Source of the DNA: Octopus bimaculoides
Lineage: Eukaryota
Direction of reading: 5' to 3'
Assembly (NCBI RefSeq): GCF_001194135.2
Contig: NC_068983.1
Span: forward strand, 85,928,079-85,992,078
Length of the DNA: 64,000 nucleotides
Part shown: piece after piece, positions 1 to 13,479 of the stretch
Layout: every line of letters starts with the position of its first letter
Position numbering within the stretch: position 1 is the first letter of the stretch
Translations under genes and position numbers: made by a program
Notes under the pieces: generated by a model
Seen by the model: only the letters and a program-made list of their open reading frames with translations
What the model was told of the DNA's origin: nothing
Databases searched by the model: none

Positions 1-214
1 TTCCCCATTTCAAGACTTGGGCCTATGATAGAAGCATTATTATTTAGTTTCATCCTTCCACACTGTGAGATCAAATCCCACCACAGACAACATTGTTGTC
101 ATCCTTCAGGGGAGTCAATATATTAAATAAGAATTATGTAATGAGGTCAGTTTAAATGACTTGAGCAACTTCTATAAATTCGTTGTATTAAGCATATGTT
201 AGAAATTATCATCA

Positions 215-248
<34 letters not shown>

Positions 249-252
249 GTAA

Positions 253-548
253 GGCGGCGAACTGGCAGAAGTGTTAGCTCGCTGGGTAAAATGCTTAATG
301 ACATTTTGTCAGTCCTTACTATCATTATTAAATAAAGTGGCAGGCTGACGGAATCATTAGCACACCGGACAAAAAGCGTAGTGGCATTTCATGCATCTTT
401 ACATTATGAGTTCAAATTCCACTAAAGTCAACTTTGCTTTTTCATCCATCTGGGGTTGATAAAATAAGTACCAGTTGAGTACAAGGATTGATGCAATCGA
501 TTATCCCCCTCTCCCATATTTCAGGCCTCGTGCCTCTAGTAGAAAGGA
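253..548 (+). mobile_element. tRNA-derived SINE family B (Meta/MESC-like central domain): one truncated and one near-full copy
   Basis: ggcggcgaactggcagaa head; tttcatccatctggggttgataaaataagtaccag core. Confidence 0.7.
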
Positions 549-810
549 TTATTAATAAAAGGGTGTTAGCTTACAGTGTCAGCAAAACATCAGTCAAAAT
601 GTTCAGTAGTATTTAGCCTTTGAGTTCCAACTCCTGTAGGATTTTATTATTCTGCGGTCAATAAAATACGTAGCAATCAAGTATTGCTTTCAATTTAATC
701 ATCTATAAAACAATCTTAATTAGTTTTGTCAAACTATGTATGTTCTCTACAAATAAATTGAATTAAGAATTTTTACAGTGGCCCAAAGCTACAAATTTAT
801 AGATGATCAA

Positions 811-1034
811 CCATTTAGCATTTAAACCAGCCTTATCTGGCCCAAATAGATAGTCAACCTGCTTTATGTTCAAAGTGACCAGATCAAGCTTTTCACATCT
901 ATCCTACAATGTCATTCTAAAAATAACAATCATATCATCGAAATCTTGAAGCTACAAGATTTATTTATGATTAATTGAAAACAATATAAACAAATAAGCA
1001 TTACATTTGACAGAGAAATCTCAATGCTAAAGCG
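811..1034 (+). mobile_element. piggyBac-type MITE copy 1
   Basis: CCxTTTAGCATT...AATGCTAAAGxG termini at TTAA-like sites; homologous to three other copies. Confidence 0.72.
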
Positions 1035-1989
1035 TTAAACTGGAGCCAATAATCTCTTAGACTGTCATGATTTTGCCCCAATTTAAGAGATTGTGAAAGA
1101 ACCAGTAGAATACTGGGCAAAATACTTAACAGTATTTAGTAATAATTTTTTTAGGTTCAACTCACTTAGAGAATGATGGGGTCCATAAAGGATAGCTCAA
1201 CACTGGGCCCCTAAAATCTATGGTAATGACAGAAATACATCTCTATTAATAATATCTCTAATAATGTGGTGACAGGGAGTGAAAAATGGAATGCTCTAAA
1301 TAAATGTCATAAGTATTTAATCACCAACCTCTATATACTTTAATCTCAGTAATATAAAGTGAAATCCACTGACTATACACTTTCTTTATAAAACCTGGCT
1401 ACAGAACTGAGTAGAACCATTATAAAAGAATGAGTACAAGAGTATACATTTTACATGAGAATAGTTGAGAAATTAATTTCAGAACTCAACTATTCCTAAT
1501 CCCCCCCTCCACCCCAACTACTCAGAAAACGAAGGGACATAACTAAACACGGCAAGCTATTTCATCCACTGTCCTACTAAGTCTCATCCATTATCTTATC
1601 AATAATAATAGTAACAACTTCTAACTTTGTCGCAATGAGGCACACATTCTGTAGGGTTGGTGTAGCCAATTTATCTGATACCAGAAAGATGAAAAGCAAA
1701 GTGAGATCTAGCAGTACTGGAACTCAGAATATAGCTAAATATTTCAAGGCATTCTTGTGTTTTTTTCATTTTATCATAAAAATAATTATTAGATTTAGGA
1801 AGTTGTAGTAGTTTGTCAAATAAAATACCTGAAAACAATGAGTATTAAATCCAATAATGGCTGACTATCATGCAACCCTCAGGGTGCCTTTGATATGAAT
1901 CCTACATGTTCCTAGGTTGTTTTAAAGGAGTTTTATCCACTGCTCTACAAAAGTTTCTAATTTTATTATTATGGCAAGTCAATCTTAAT

Positions 1990-2395
1990 CATCATTAACA
2001 ATAACAAAGTCCATTTTCCATGCTGGCAAGGCCAGGCATTGCACTAGGCTCAATTGTCTGTTATCGTTTGGTTTCTATGGTTGGATGCCCTTCCTAACAC
2101 CATCCACTTCAGAGCGTACTGGCAGCTTTTTATGTGACACCAGCACTGGTATCAATTCTGCAGTGGAAGAGGTCTTCTTGAGTACAATAATGTGCCAGAT
2201 ATCTTGGTCCTTTGTCATCTGCTTCATAAGGTCCAGTGTTTTGAGACTGGCCTTCAATATCTTGTCTTTCCTTGGTCACCCTCTTCTACAAATTCCATCC
2301 ATTTTAAGTGATTGGCACTTCTGTATGCAACTGTTTACATCCATATCCATCACATGACCAAACAGTGCAGTTTTCTCTCTTGCACACTGCATCTA
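1990..2395 (-). mobile_element. RTE 3' fragment
   Basis: Shared tail motif ggatgcccttcctaac and ORF2 C-terminal remnant. Confidence 0.7.
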
Positions 2396-3403
2396 ATTCT
2401 TGGTTTTTAGAAACAATAAAATCTTATGTACTTCTGTATTTTTTTTCTCAGTGAGTGCTATGAACTTTTCTGGAATAAACACACCATATGATGTGTTGAC
2501 ATGACAAATGATAGAGAATATCTTTTCTAAATATTTTTCTGATGACTAACAGTGTTACAAAAAATATCTCTATGATATGAAAGTCAATTCAATAGACAAT
2601 ACTGCCCTGCAACTAAATAAACCTTGTGCTTAGATAAAAAAGGAAATCATCATCAATATTATTTATTGTGATGGTGTCCTTGTGACTGTTATCATTATTT
2701 GTGTTGTTATTATGGAAGTGGAGAAGGCAGAGACAGAAAATTTTCATCTCGCTCAGTTCTAAGATCAAATCTCATGATGAACAACTTTGATTTTCATTGC
2801 CTGGGAACAAAGCTCTTATAAAATAAGTACAAATTATAATTTAACCCCAGTCTGATTGAACAGATCTATGATCACAGGTAACTGAGCAGTGATCCTCGTG
2901 TCTATTCTTTCAAGCATGTATGAGTACCAGTAAAATACTGGAATCATGTTCATCAACTATACACCAACCTCAAAAGAGTTTTGTGGCCACTGAGTCTGAC
3001 AGATAAAATATATATCTAACTCATATCACACTCTAGATTTTTTTTTAAAAAAAAAAAGAGAAAGGACACCTTGGATTATGTAGTTCTAGATCCATTATGC
3101 TTAGATTGGAACACTTGGTTGTTGACCTGCTTGATCAGAGATAACCTAGGGCTAAATAACAACAAAATATTGGCCTCAAATTAAAACAGAGCCAAGTGAA
3201 GAAATAGAGGTCCAAAGCTAAAGAACTCAACAGTGGTAAAAACTCCAGCAACTGATATATTCAAATTAGTACATACACGTATTAGCTATTTACTTGAGAA
3301 ATCAAGATTATCCAGACAAACAAGAATGAATTACTCAGTCAGTTTCATGATGTCAATCAGTGTATATAAATTTTGCTTATATCATCTATCAATGGCCCAA
3401 TAA

Positions 3404-4080
3404 ATCATCATCATCACCGTCGTTTAACGTCTGCTTTCCATGCTGGCATGGGTTGGATGGTTTGACTGAGGGCTGGGGAACTAGAAGGCTGCACCAGGCT
3501 CCAAACTGATCTGGCAAAGTTTCTATATCTGGATGCCCTTCCCAATGCCAACCACTCCGAGAGTGTAGTGGGTGCTTTTTATGTGCCACCGGCACGAGGG
3601 CCAGTCAGGCGGCACTGGCAATGATCACACATAAATGGTGCTTATTATGTGCCAAAGGCACAGGAGCCAGTCAAGTGGCACTGGCAACAATCACGCTTGA
3701 ATGGTGCCTTTAACGTTCCACTGGCACAGCTGCCAATCAGGCGGTGCTGTCATCGGCCTCAACAGGTGTTCACAAGTGCAGTTTATTGCCCAATGATTGA
3801 AGAGTACTCTTACATGGGCTGTTTATGCTGCACTGGCATAGGCCACAGGTTATGGTCTCACTTGGCTTGCCAGGTCTTCTCAAGCACAACATATCTCCAA
3901 AGGTTTTACTTGTCATTGCCTTGGTGAGGCCCAATGTTTGAAGGTCATATTTCACCACCTCATCCCAGGTCTTCCTGGGTCTACCTCTTCCACAGGTTCC
4001 CTCTACTGCTAGGATGTGACACTTTTTCACACAGCTGTCCTCATCCATTCGCAACACATGACCATACCAGCGTAGTTGTC
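3404..4080 (-). mobile_element. 5'-truncated RTE LINE (ORF2 C-terminus + 3' UTR + GAT tail)
   Basis: RQLRWYGHVLRMDEDSCVKKC...GRGRPRKTW in ORF 3770-4147; shared tail ccatgctggcatgggttggatgg. Confidence 0.85.
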
Positions 4081-4858
4081 TATTCACAAAGTATGAATGA
4101 GAAAGGAAGGGGTGATAGATGAATAAGGAAGGACGGGGTGATGGCAAACTGGTAGTGGGAGTGTTTCAACTCTGTGTGAGTATATGTGTGTGTATGTAAA
4201 AGGGATGTGAATTTTGTGTGTGTGTGTGTGTGTGTGCAATGGAAGTGGGATGGTGAACATTCAATGTCCAAAAGAAAAATCAAACAGCATTTCAACTCTG
4301 TGTGAGTACATGTGCGTATGTACAAGAGACTTATGTAAATGTTTGTGTGTGTGTGAAACAGCGTTCTTTCAGTAAAAAACCATGATCAATGTCACATCTC
4401 AAAAGACAACCACTAGATAAACATTGACAAGTGTATTAATTTGATTTATCATCCATATTTATATATAAAATACTACAATTAGCCGTCATCTTTGACAGCA
4501 TGGAGCCAGCTAGTATAATTATAGTTATAAAAATAAAAAAAAAAGATGCTATTAAAATAATTAGAAGTGTGATGTAATAGTACACAATTTCAAACCCAAA
4601 TAGCACAGTTTCTATAATAGTCTAGATGGAGCACATTGAAAATGAGTAGAATGATGAGCATTTTGGCTTTACATATCAATAAAACTCATAAATGATATAA
4701 TTAAGGTCAAATTTGTTACCCACCAGCATAAAATTGGAATAATAACAAAGAAAAAAAATATGGTTTTAAATTATTTGTAAAAATAAAAATTCAAAGTTTA
4801 AATTAAAAAAAAAAGAAAAATAGTCTATTAAAATTTTGGTTTAAAATTTCAAACATAC

Positions 4859-4963
4859 CTTATACGAGGACGGATTTTCTCCAGGTAAGCATAATAATTA
4901 TAGACGGTCATATAACCAACTACAGCATAGCACACACAACCATTTTGTTGATACTTCTCAAAT
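4859..4963 (-). CDS. HAT1: HAT1 coding exon 7, 105 nt: FEKYQQNGCVCYAVVGYMTVYNYYAYLEKIRPRI(S); gene continues beyond position 1
   Basis: Acceptor ttttatttgctttttctatttag, donor gtatgt. FEKY...VGYMTVYNYY...RPR motif, directly before the acetyl-CoA-binding motif, which was not found in 1-4858. Confidence 0.97.
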
Positions 4964-5683
4964 CTAAATAGAAAAAGCAAATAAAAATTTATAATAAATC
5001 AATCTTCAACTTGGAATGCAGAAAGACTGCTTTAAAGAAGACAAAAAAAAATAATAATAAACAAAATTTTCTGAAGAGGTAGTCACTATGTAGTAACCTG
5101 ACCTGCTATGAACAAGAGCTATATCTCCTTTAAATAACACTATGTCATCTTAAACACAGAAGGATACATTGGACACTATATTCGTAGATAAGCAAAAAGA
5201 CAGGATAGTTATGGCAGGAAAGCCTTTGATTAAGATTGAACTGGGATTTAAAAGCATCCACAAAATGATCTTGCTTGAGCTTTTTTTTATAGAGAAGTCA
5301 CTAGAATGACTGAGCTTGGATTGGAAAGAGGTCTAAAAGGACAGTGCAGTTAGTAGCAGAAGAGAGTAAATATTTTAGATTAAAACACTCAGAGAACACG
5401 AGACCAAAATGTGGTGGTGGTGGTACTGAGAACAATAACTACATGGAGAGTTGAAGGTCACATGGCGGGATAAAGAGAACAACTCAGTACATCCAGAGTA
5501 AATTTACTTGTTTACTAACAAACTGATGGAGCAAATTTTGTAATATAACTGAGGTAATTAATTAGTCAACGAGCAGAAGGAACAGTGTCTACAGCTTTTG
5601 CATGCCTTACCAGACTGTAGAGACTTTATTACATATTTGATGTTTAGTTTGAATGTCAAATAACAGGATTACATATATGCAAG

Positions 5684-5729
<46 letters not shown>

Positions 5730-7092
5730 GGAGAGAGAGAGAGAGAGACCAGAATTCTGCAGGGTGAATGCTCTGGAGAGAAATGATTGTGATCTAAGAG
5801 GTAAGGTATTATGTTGTGTTGTAATGGGTGTAGCTGGAGGTTTAATAAAATTAGCTAGCAAGGTGAGAGGAGAAGAGACCCTTGTGGTGTTGTACAAGAG
5901 GTAGGCAGAAGAAAAAGCTCGTCTATGAGCAGTCTGTGGTTGTATTAGGTTGGGGAGTGAATTATTGCTAATCAGTCAAATGCCTTTCTTTACAGCATTA
6001 AGGGGAAGGGCAGGGCATTAAATTATTGATGATAATGATTATAATGATAGAATAGGTTGGGATGATATGCAAATTCAGATGCATTATTATTTTGATATGG
6101 CACAAATTTGAGAGAGTGGTGTGTTTGTGTGTGAATATGTAAAGAAACAGATAATACACTAAATGGTTTATTACTGTATGCTAATAGAAGCTGTGTAGTA
6201 AATGTAATGTTGTTCTGGATGAAAAGAGAGATAAATTACACTGATAAGTGTGAAGTGTGTAACTCACATATACAAAGAAAGGAATAAAAAAGTGGGGGAA
6301 GCTAGAAGGGTCATTAGGCTGCTCAGTGAGAATCTTTTCTTCTGATCTCAGAGATACAATCAATTCGTTGATCCAAATTCTCTTTCTCTTCCTTTCACTT
6401 ATTCCCCTTGACACACAAACACTCTCTTCCAATATGCAAATGGATAGTTCTTTTACTTTGCAACCAGACATACATATACAAACCTTTATGCAACCAAAAA
6501 AAAAAAATGAATGAGAGAGAAAAGAAGAAAGTGGAGAGAAAACAGAAAAATTTTATACGGATTTAGTTAATAGATTTCCTGAAATAAGCTGTATCACATA
6601 GATCAAGCCAGCTAGCTGCCAGTGTCCAGAGATGTTGAATCCTAAACCAAACAGTAGAGCTAACACAAGGTGTACGATAATATTTGCAGACAAGTAAATT
6701 GGTTGTCAAGGCAAGAGCACAAAGTACATGTGAATTTGTCAGGTTTACGTGTAGCACAGCTGGGATTAGACACAATAGGTTAATTCAATAGATACACAAA
6801 CACTCTCACACAAGTTAGGATTCAAATGTGCTATTGGTAACGAGGTGCAGGAGATTAAAATACACTAACAGTGGAAATTCTAAGGTTATTTTGAAAACTA
6901 TAAGGTTGATGGAAGTTCAGAATCCTCCAGGCGCAGGAGTGGGTGTGTGGTAGGTAGCTTGCTTACCAACCACATGGTTCCGGGTTCAGTCCCACTGCGT
7001 GGCACCTTGGGCAAGTGTCTTCTACTATAGTCTCGGGCCGACCAAAGCCTTGTGAGTGGATTTGGTAGACAGAAACTGAAAGAAGCCCGTCG

Positions 7093-7153
<61 letters not shown>

Positions 7154-7226
7154 TACAATTAAAAGGGTAAAGGTTTATCAATTTATTAATTTATTAATAA
7201 ATTAATAAATTGATANNNNNNNNNNT

Positions 7227-7625
7227 CACTCCCTGATAGTAAACCGCAGATTTTCTGCGGTATTGCTTGTGACGCACATGGTAATTTTCTTGAGGACGAA
7301 TAGTGGACTGACTGGCCTATGTAGGTTCGGAGGTGCTTTCAAGTTGTGTCGATGCATGATGTTCACTCTGTCATACATGCACAATTGCTAGCACCGTCGA
7401 ATCTGCAACGAGAATATCATACTGAAGAGGAAATGGAGTGTTATCGCTCCTAAGCCAAAAACGCGTCTATGATTAACTTCGAATGGTTAGTTTTCATTGT
7501 TCTTTCTTCTTGTTTTGCCTTTGTGAGTTACAAGTAATGCTATCTGTTGGAGTCTCAGCATTTTGGCTGCTATTTCTGAACTTCGGTATGTTGTGAAGCA
7601 ACTGTTTTGCTGATCCCTTAATTAT
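7227..7625 (+). mobile_element. Penelope-like (pLTR/retrozyme) fragment nested in the (TA)n middle of a tRNA-SINE
   Basis: CpG-rich segment carrying a hammerhead motif, lying between the 5' half (6929-7100) and 3' half (7640-7845) of one SINE. No ORF recognised. Confidence 0.45.
7416..7473 (+). ncRNA. Minimal type I hammerhead ribozyme motif (Penelope-like), catalytic GAAA degenerate
   Basis: Stem I AUCAUA/UAUGAU, core CUGAAGA, stem II GG..GGAG/CUCC..CC, AAAAA in place of GAAA, palindromic stem III ACGCGU, cleavage triplet GUC. Confidence 0.65.
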
Positions 7626-8949
7626 GTTTATATATATATGTTTGTGTGTCTGTGTTTGTCCTCCCACCATCGTTTGACAACCGGTGCTGGTGTGTTTACA
7701 TCCCTGTAACTCAGCGGTTCGGCAAAAAGATACCGATAGAATAAGTACTAAGCTTACAAAGAATAAGTCCTGGGGTCGATTGGATTCGACTAAAGGTGGT
7801 GCATGGCCTCAGTCAAATGACTGAAACAAGTAAAAGAGAGAGAGTAAAATTGTATTTTTTTCTGGAGCATATGAAATTTAAGCTGGTGTAAAGTTCACAC
7901 AGGTAGTGTTGTCTTAAGAGAGAACATCTTTGAAAATTATATCCTTTGTTATACACAGACCTATCCTCTATTTTAGTCATTAAGTAAAAAATTAAACTAA
8001 CTTTGGAACAAAAATATTGAAGGTACAATCTATTTATATTTTCTATTATAGCACAACTCCATTGGTTAAACTTTAACAAGTCTTAAAAACACTGTACTTC
8101 ATTATCACATCAGAGAAAAGTACATATGGTTGGACTTAAACACAGTCTCAGTGAATGAAGTACACTGAGTAGTGGATTCTAACATCACCAACCCACGATA
8201 TTTAATTTAAAATCTTTATTACCATATGAGCTGCATGGCAATCTTGGTGGTGCTGGTGACATGAAAAAAGCATCCACTACACACTGCAAAGTGAAAGCGG
8301 ACACTGTAGCATGATGTGGTCCTTAGACCTATCAGATTCTGTCAAACCACCAAACTCATGGAACATGGATGTTAAATGATGTTGATTACTGTACCTTGAT
8401 TTTAAAACAGATATGTTGTAGACTTGGTAAGCAAAAACTGAAAAAAGCCCATTGTGAGTGTATCGTTGTGTCGTAAGTACATTATAGTTGTAAATGATGT
8501 CATTCATCTCTCATCTTCCATGAAAAACATGCCTAACCATGGGAATACAACATATCTGGAGATATAGCAAGTACAGATAAAAGTNNNNNNNNNNNNNNNN
8601 NNNNNNNNNNNNNNNNNNNNNNNNNNNNNNNNNNNNNNNNNNNNNNNNNNNNNNNNNNNNNNNNNNNNNNNNNNNNNNNNNNNNNNNNNNNNNNNNNNNN
8701 NNNNNNNNNNNNNNNNNNNNNNNNNNNNNNNNNNNNNNNNNNNNNNNNNNNNNNNNNNNNNNNNNNNNNNNNNNNNNNNNNNNNNNNNNNNNNNNNNNNN
8801 NNNNNNNNNNNNNNNNNNNNNNNNNNNNNNNNNNNNNNNNNNNNNNNNNNNNNNNNNNNNNNNNNNNNNNNNNNNNNNNNNNNNNNNNNNNNNNNNNNNN
8901 NNNNNNNNNNNNNNNNNNNNNNNNNNNNNNNNNNNNNNNNNNNNNNGCG

Positions 8950-9238
8950 AAAATACCTAAATCTCCATGAGGCTCCGGCAGGGGATGATGGCAAACCCTG
9001 CTGTACTCTATCACTGCAACTTTCTCTCACTCTTACTTCCTGTTTCTGTTGTGCCTGTAATTCAAAGGGTCAGCCTTGTCACACTGTGTCATGCTGAATA
9101 TCCCCGAGAACTACGTTAAGGTATATGTGTCTGTGGAGTGCTCCAGCCACTTGCACGTTAATTTCACGAGCAGGCTGTTCCGTTGATTGGATCAACTGGA
9201 ACCCTCGACGTCGTAAGCGACGGAGTGCCAACAACAAT
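8950..9238 (+). mobile_element. SINE family C body/3' part (relatives at 28965-29195 minus, 48951-49115 plus, 60755-60968 minus)
   Basis: Shared tcaaagggtcagccttgtcac...ttaatttcacgagcaggctgttccgttg. The 29195 and 60968 copies show a tRNA-like head. Confidence 0.65.
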
Positions 9239-9361
9239 CATGTCAGGAATGATTTCAATACAGGAGTCTTTTGGAATTAAAAGTAAAAGTTATGCCCAGA
9301 TTTAATGTTTTAAAGGTTTGGAGAAATTGGTAATGCTGACAAGCATCAGCAATATCCTTAA

Positions 9362-9579
9362 CCCTTTAGTATTTAGATTACTGTCAAATGTAATGCTTGT
9401 TCACATTGTTTTGCATTAGCCATGCATTATATTTTAGCTTGGAGATTTTGATGAAGTTTTTTTTTTTTTTTGTAGAACGACATAGTAGGACAGGTGGGAA
9501 AGGCCAAACCTGGCAGGTTTGGATATAAAACAGGTAGAATTTTTGTGCTGGATATATGGCTGGTTTAAATGTTAAAGGG
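9362..9579 (-). mobile_element. piggyBac-type MITE copy 2
   Basis: TTAA|CCCTTTAG...TAAAGGG|TTAA. Confidence 0.8.
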
Positions 9580-11161
9580 TTAAAGTTGTTCAGTACCTGA
9601 AACAAACTGAATCACATCACTAATGGAGACATGAATGAATTAACTGTTTTGTCATTTAGGACCTCAAGAAAATAATGGCTAGGGACAAAAAAACACTCCT
9701 ATAACTTACATGGGAATGCAATGCAGAATTAATAAGTAATTCAATTTGCATATTGTATTTTAGGAATGCATCTAGTATGAAAGTAGAAGATCGTATCTAG
9801 GACAACATTAACCAATGTGTTTACCTTTTTTATTTGAGGGGGAGATATGCTTGTTATTTCTAGCAGTTTGAGTGATTACATAGATCTACAATTGGGCTTG
9901 TAGAAGCTGCACTGTAGTTAATAGTAGTACCAACTTTATATGAATGATACTATCAAATGTAATGTAATTCTTAATTAAGCAATTTAAATTGTTAGTTTTT
10001 TTTTTTTTAATTCCAGGCACAGTGTATCTAATGTACCCTCTTATTTCTAAAATAGAAGGGTATAATTAGAGGAAAATTTGGCTATTTGTAGTAGGTTGTG
10101 TAACCAAGCAGAGGATCTCTCTTTTGACTATAAAAGAAACAGTGCAATATGAATGATAGTGGGGTGAGAACTGTGCTTGAGCTGAGTATAGATCAATTGG
10201 GATCGAGCAGTCCCATGATCCATAAGTAGAGAGTGAAATATCCAAAAGATCTGTTGTTCTGGACATGCCATGTTTCTGCCTTCTTGGGAATCACATTACA
10301 TGTTGACACACAGTGATTAATAGGAGGAAAGACTGTGACAGTCTGGATATGTTTTACTCACACCACAGTCAGGTCTGTTTCTGTAAAAATAATTTCTTGT
10401 GAAGACTACAGTGGAGGCTGGCACAGAAGACATGGTCATAGCATAACAATTACTGTTCCTTGGCACTTATGATTGCTCTGCACCCCAGCTAATGCTTGGA
10501 ACTAGTAACTGGACTGTTCATATTCAGTCCACTGGTGGCAAGAATATGCTGAGAAGAAGAACCCAGCATATTCTTGCCCCCAATCATGGTCCGATGTGGA
10601 GGCAGTGAATTTGAACTTGAGATCATATTGGTTTGACGAGCTTACTCTGCCTCACTAGCTCAACATGCCTTGGCAGAGGGAGGCAGTTTTTATACTCACA
10701 CCCAGGAGTATTTAAGTTAATTACATCGACTCCGGTACTCAACTGGTACTTATTTTATCAACCCTGAAAAGATGAAAGGCTAAGTTGACCTAGTGATATC
10801 ATAGCTATTTTCTCTGTGTTTGTTTGTCTGGGTTATGAAAAGAGTGTGATTATTTTCAATGTTTTTTTGCAGTGGTTTTCAGAAGTTTTGAATATGTGTC
10901 TGACAGTTTGGAGGGCTTTTTTTTTTCATACAATAACAGAGACTGTTTTCTGTGATTCGGCAAACTGTGCACCTTTCATCACCAGACATTCTTTCACTTT
11001 TTAGTATTTTTGCTTTGTTGTGAAGATGGTCTGTAAATGGCACCAGTGCACAACCTGTGATGGATGAAAAGTGCTCTGTTTTGAGCATGGGCAGAATGGT
11101 ACAAGAACTTGCAGACTAATTGGGAATGAAATTAGAAACTATTGATCCAAGATATACTTAC

Positions 11162-11315
11162 AACAGATAGAATGTCCACCGATCATCATCAATATCAATA
11201 TATGAAGCAGCATCAATGAAGAACAAAAGGAATGTTTGCAAGCGTTCATGATAATTTTTGAAACCAGGAGAAAGAACAGAGGCTTTGAATACTTCAAAAG
11301 TACGTTCGCAATTAT
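11162..11315 (-). CDS. HAT1: HAT1 coding exon 6, 154 nt: NCERTFEVFKASVLSPGFKNYHERLQTFLLFFIDAASYIDIDDDRWTFYL(L)
   Basis: Acceptor ...taatttcag, donor gtaagt. Contains the hallmark YHERLQTFLxxFIxxASxIDxDDxRW motif. Confidence 0.97.
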
Positions 11316-12204
11316 CTGAAATTAGCAAAAGCAGAAGAAGAGATTAACAATCAATAAGTAATACACACTATTTGATGGGTAATCATACACAACATGTAAA
11401 GTGGTATATGAGCAAGGAATGACAAACATTGGGTTTCAATTTTCATTCTAGATTTTATTTGGTATCTATGTAGTTGTTTAGCTCCAGGTCAGACAACTAA
11501 GCAGACCTGTGATCAAAGGTAATCCAATCATGGCCATCCTGCTTTCCTTTTTTTAAAATTTCTAAATTTATTTATTCAGACTTAGCATTATATATAGAAC
11601 AAAATTAATCCATATACTTTAAACATTTTTCTTTAAGATGGTAAAGTGTAAAATGAGGGAGATTTGGCTGTGCTTTCTGAGTAGGTTGCTTCATACTCGT
11701 GAGAGAGAGAGAGAGGATATGTGTGAGTGTGTGTGTGCATGTGCGTGCACACATACAATCTTTTGATCAAGTACTAGGGTTGTTGTGTTTGTCTAAATCC
11801 TTGAAGATGGTGCTTCAGCATGGCCACAGCCCAATGACTGAAACAAAAGGTAAAAGGCAAAAGACAAGTACAACATCACGAAATCTTTGATAGGGAAGTG
11901 GTAACCATAACTGATGATATAGGCTCCCTCACCGTACTCATCTGGTACTTTAATTTTATTGAAACCTGATGAATGAATGGCAAAATGGATTCCAGCAAGA
12001 CCTGAACTCAGAACTTGATGCTTCGTGAAATTTGCCAACAGTACAGTTGCTCCACCACTCCTTTAACGACTCATTCACTGTTCCTTCCTGTGCGTTATTC
12101 TATGTACTGTTTGTACAATTCATGCACTTTTGTCTACTTTTTCTGATGAGTTTTGGTGTGCCTGGCCACTGTATACAATAATTTCATTATTATTATTATT
12201 ACAA

Positions 12205-12405
12205 TAAGCATGCTGGTTGAATTGCTTAGTGGTATTTCATCTGCTGCTATGTTCTGAGCTAAAATTCTGCTGAGGTTGACTTTGCCTTTCTTCTTTTTGG
12301 GGTCAATAAATTAAGTACCAGTCAAATATTGGGGTCAGTGTAATCGACTATCCCCCTCCCCCAAAATTGCTGGCCTTGTGGCAAAATTTGAAACCATTAT
12401 TATTA
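12205..12405 (+). mobile_element. SINE family B (a minus-strand copy lies at about 11920-12060)
   Basis: Core gttgactttgcctttc...taagtaccagt; tail aaattgctggccttgtg...ttgaaaccattattatt. Confidence 0.7.
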
Positions 12406-13262
12406 TTAAACACTGCAAAGATTTTTATCTGTTACTCACTGTACTTATTGGCAAGGCTACATATTGACTAGGATGTTCCATGAGGTTAAGACACGTTCAG
12501 TGTTGTCTTTTGTACTTAGGAAAATGTAAAATGATCATATTAGTTTTCAAGTAACTTTCCTCTTCTGCCACAATTTCATCTTACAATTAGTTTTTAATGT
12601 TCTATGCATATAAGTGCTTCCACCCACTTAACTATGAAAACAGAAACAACCTTGGACTTAATGATTCTATAAATAAGATGCCAAGAGAGACAGGGTACAA
12701 TCAGAAAATTATTCCATAAGACTTTTACATAATTTCTAATAGAAAATAATGATACCAAGTAAGGGAGAGAACTAAAATAACACAGACGCTTGATTTTATT
12801 CAAGCTAAGTTGATACAGACTAATAAGAATGGTGAATGGACACAGAAGTTGTGATTTTCAAGCCAAGATTAAGAGCATAAGTGATGTAATTTAAACCAGT
12901 CGTGGGTAAACTGCACTCAGCAAGACTTCCTGAATGATATAACTAATGAAAAATTAGCTTGAATTCTTCAGTTGGCCTGTCTGATAATGAGTCATATCTC
13001 ATGCAGCTTGCTTCTTGAAAAAGGGTTGCCCATATTCAATTTAAACAGCACTGATTAAGAAGTCAAACAAGGTTGACTGACTTCAAACAGAACCATGCTT
13101 CGATAAAAAAGGGCATTTTTTATCATGTCAATGGTGCAGTCATGCATTGCTTTCTCTTGTTGCATAGGTGGTGAGGTGGGTGAATGAGAGAGAAAGAGAG
13201 GGTGATAGAGAAAGTAATAGAAGACCATAGTGAAAGAAAGGAGTGTGATGGCGGGCAATGGG

Positions 13263-13370
<108 letters not shown>

Positions 13371-13479
13371 TCAAATGTAATAGGACACTCCAAACCGCCA
13401 TTCCCATCATCTTTTCTTTTTACATCTGTTTTTTATGTTGTCATGGGTTGAGACAATTTTCTCCAGCTCAACAATTTCA

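Larger units (their letters stand above)
6929..7845 (+). mobile_element. tRNA-derived SINE family A (CORE-like segment, internal microsatellite), interrupted
   Basis: Head ggcgcaggagtgggtgtgtggtag...gggttcagtcc, then ggcaccttgggcaagtgtc; tail cagtcaaatgactgaaacaagtaaaag. Confidence 0.8.

Noticed and set aside
1-4858. Search for HAT1 exon 8 (SQxLILPPxQxxGHG)
   Set aside because: Not found on the minus strand; it presumably lies outside the window.
4878-4886. Leu where human HAT1 has Pro (YAYLEK versus YVYPDK)
   Set aside because: Surface loop position that is not invariant across eukaryotes; it cannot be explained by A-to-I editing.
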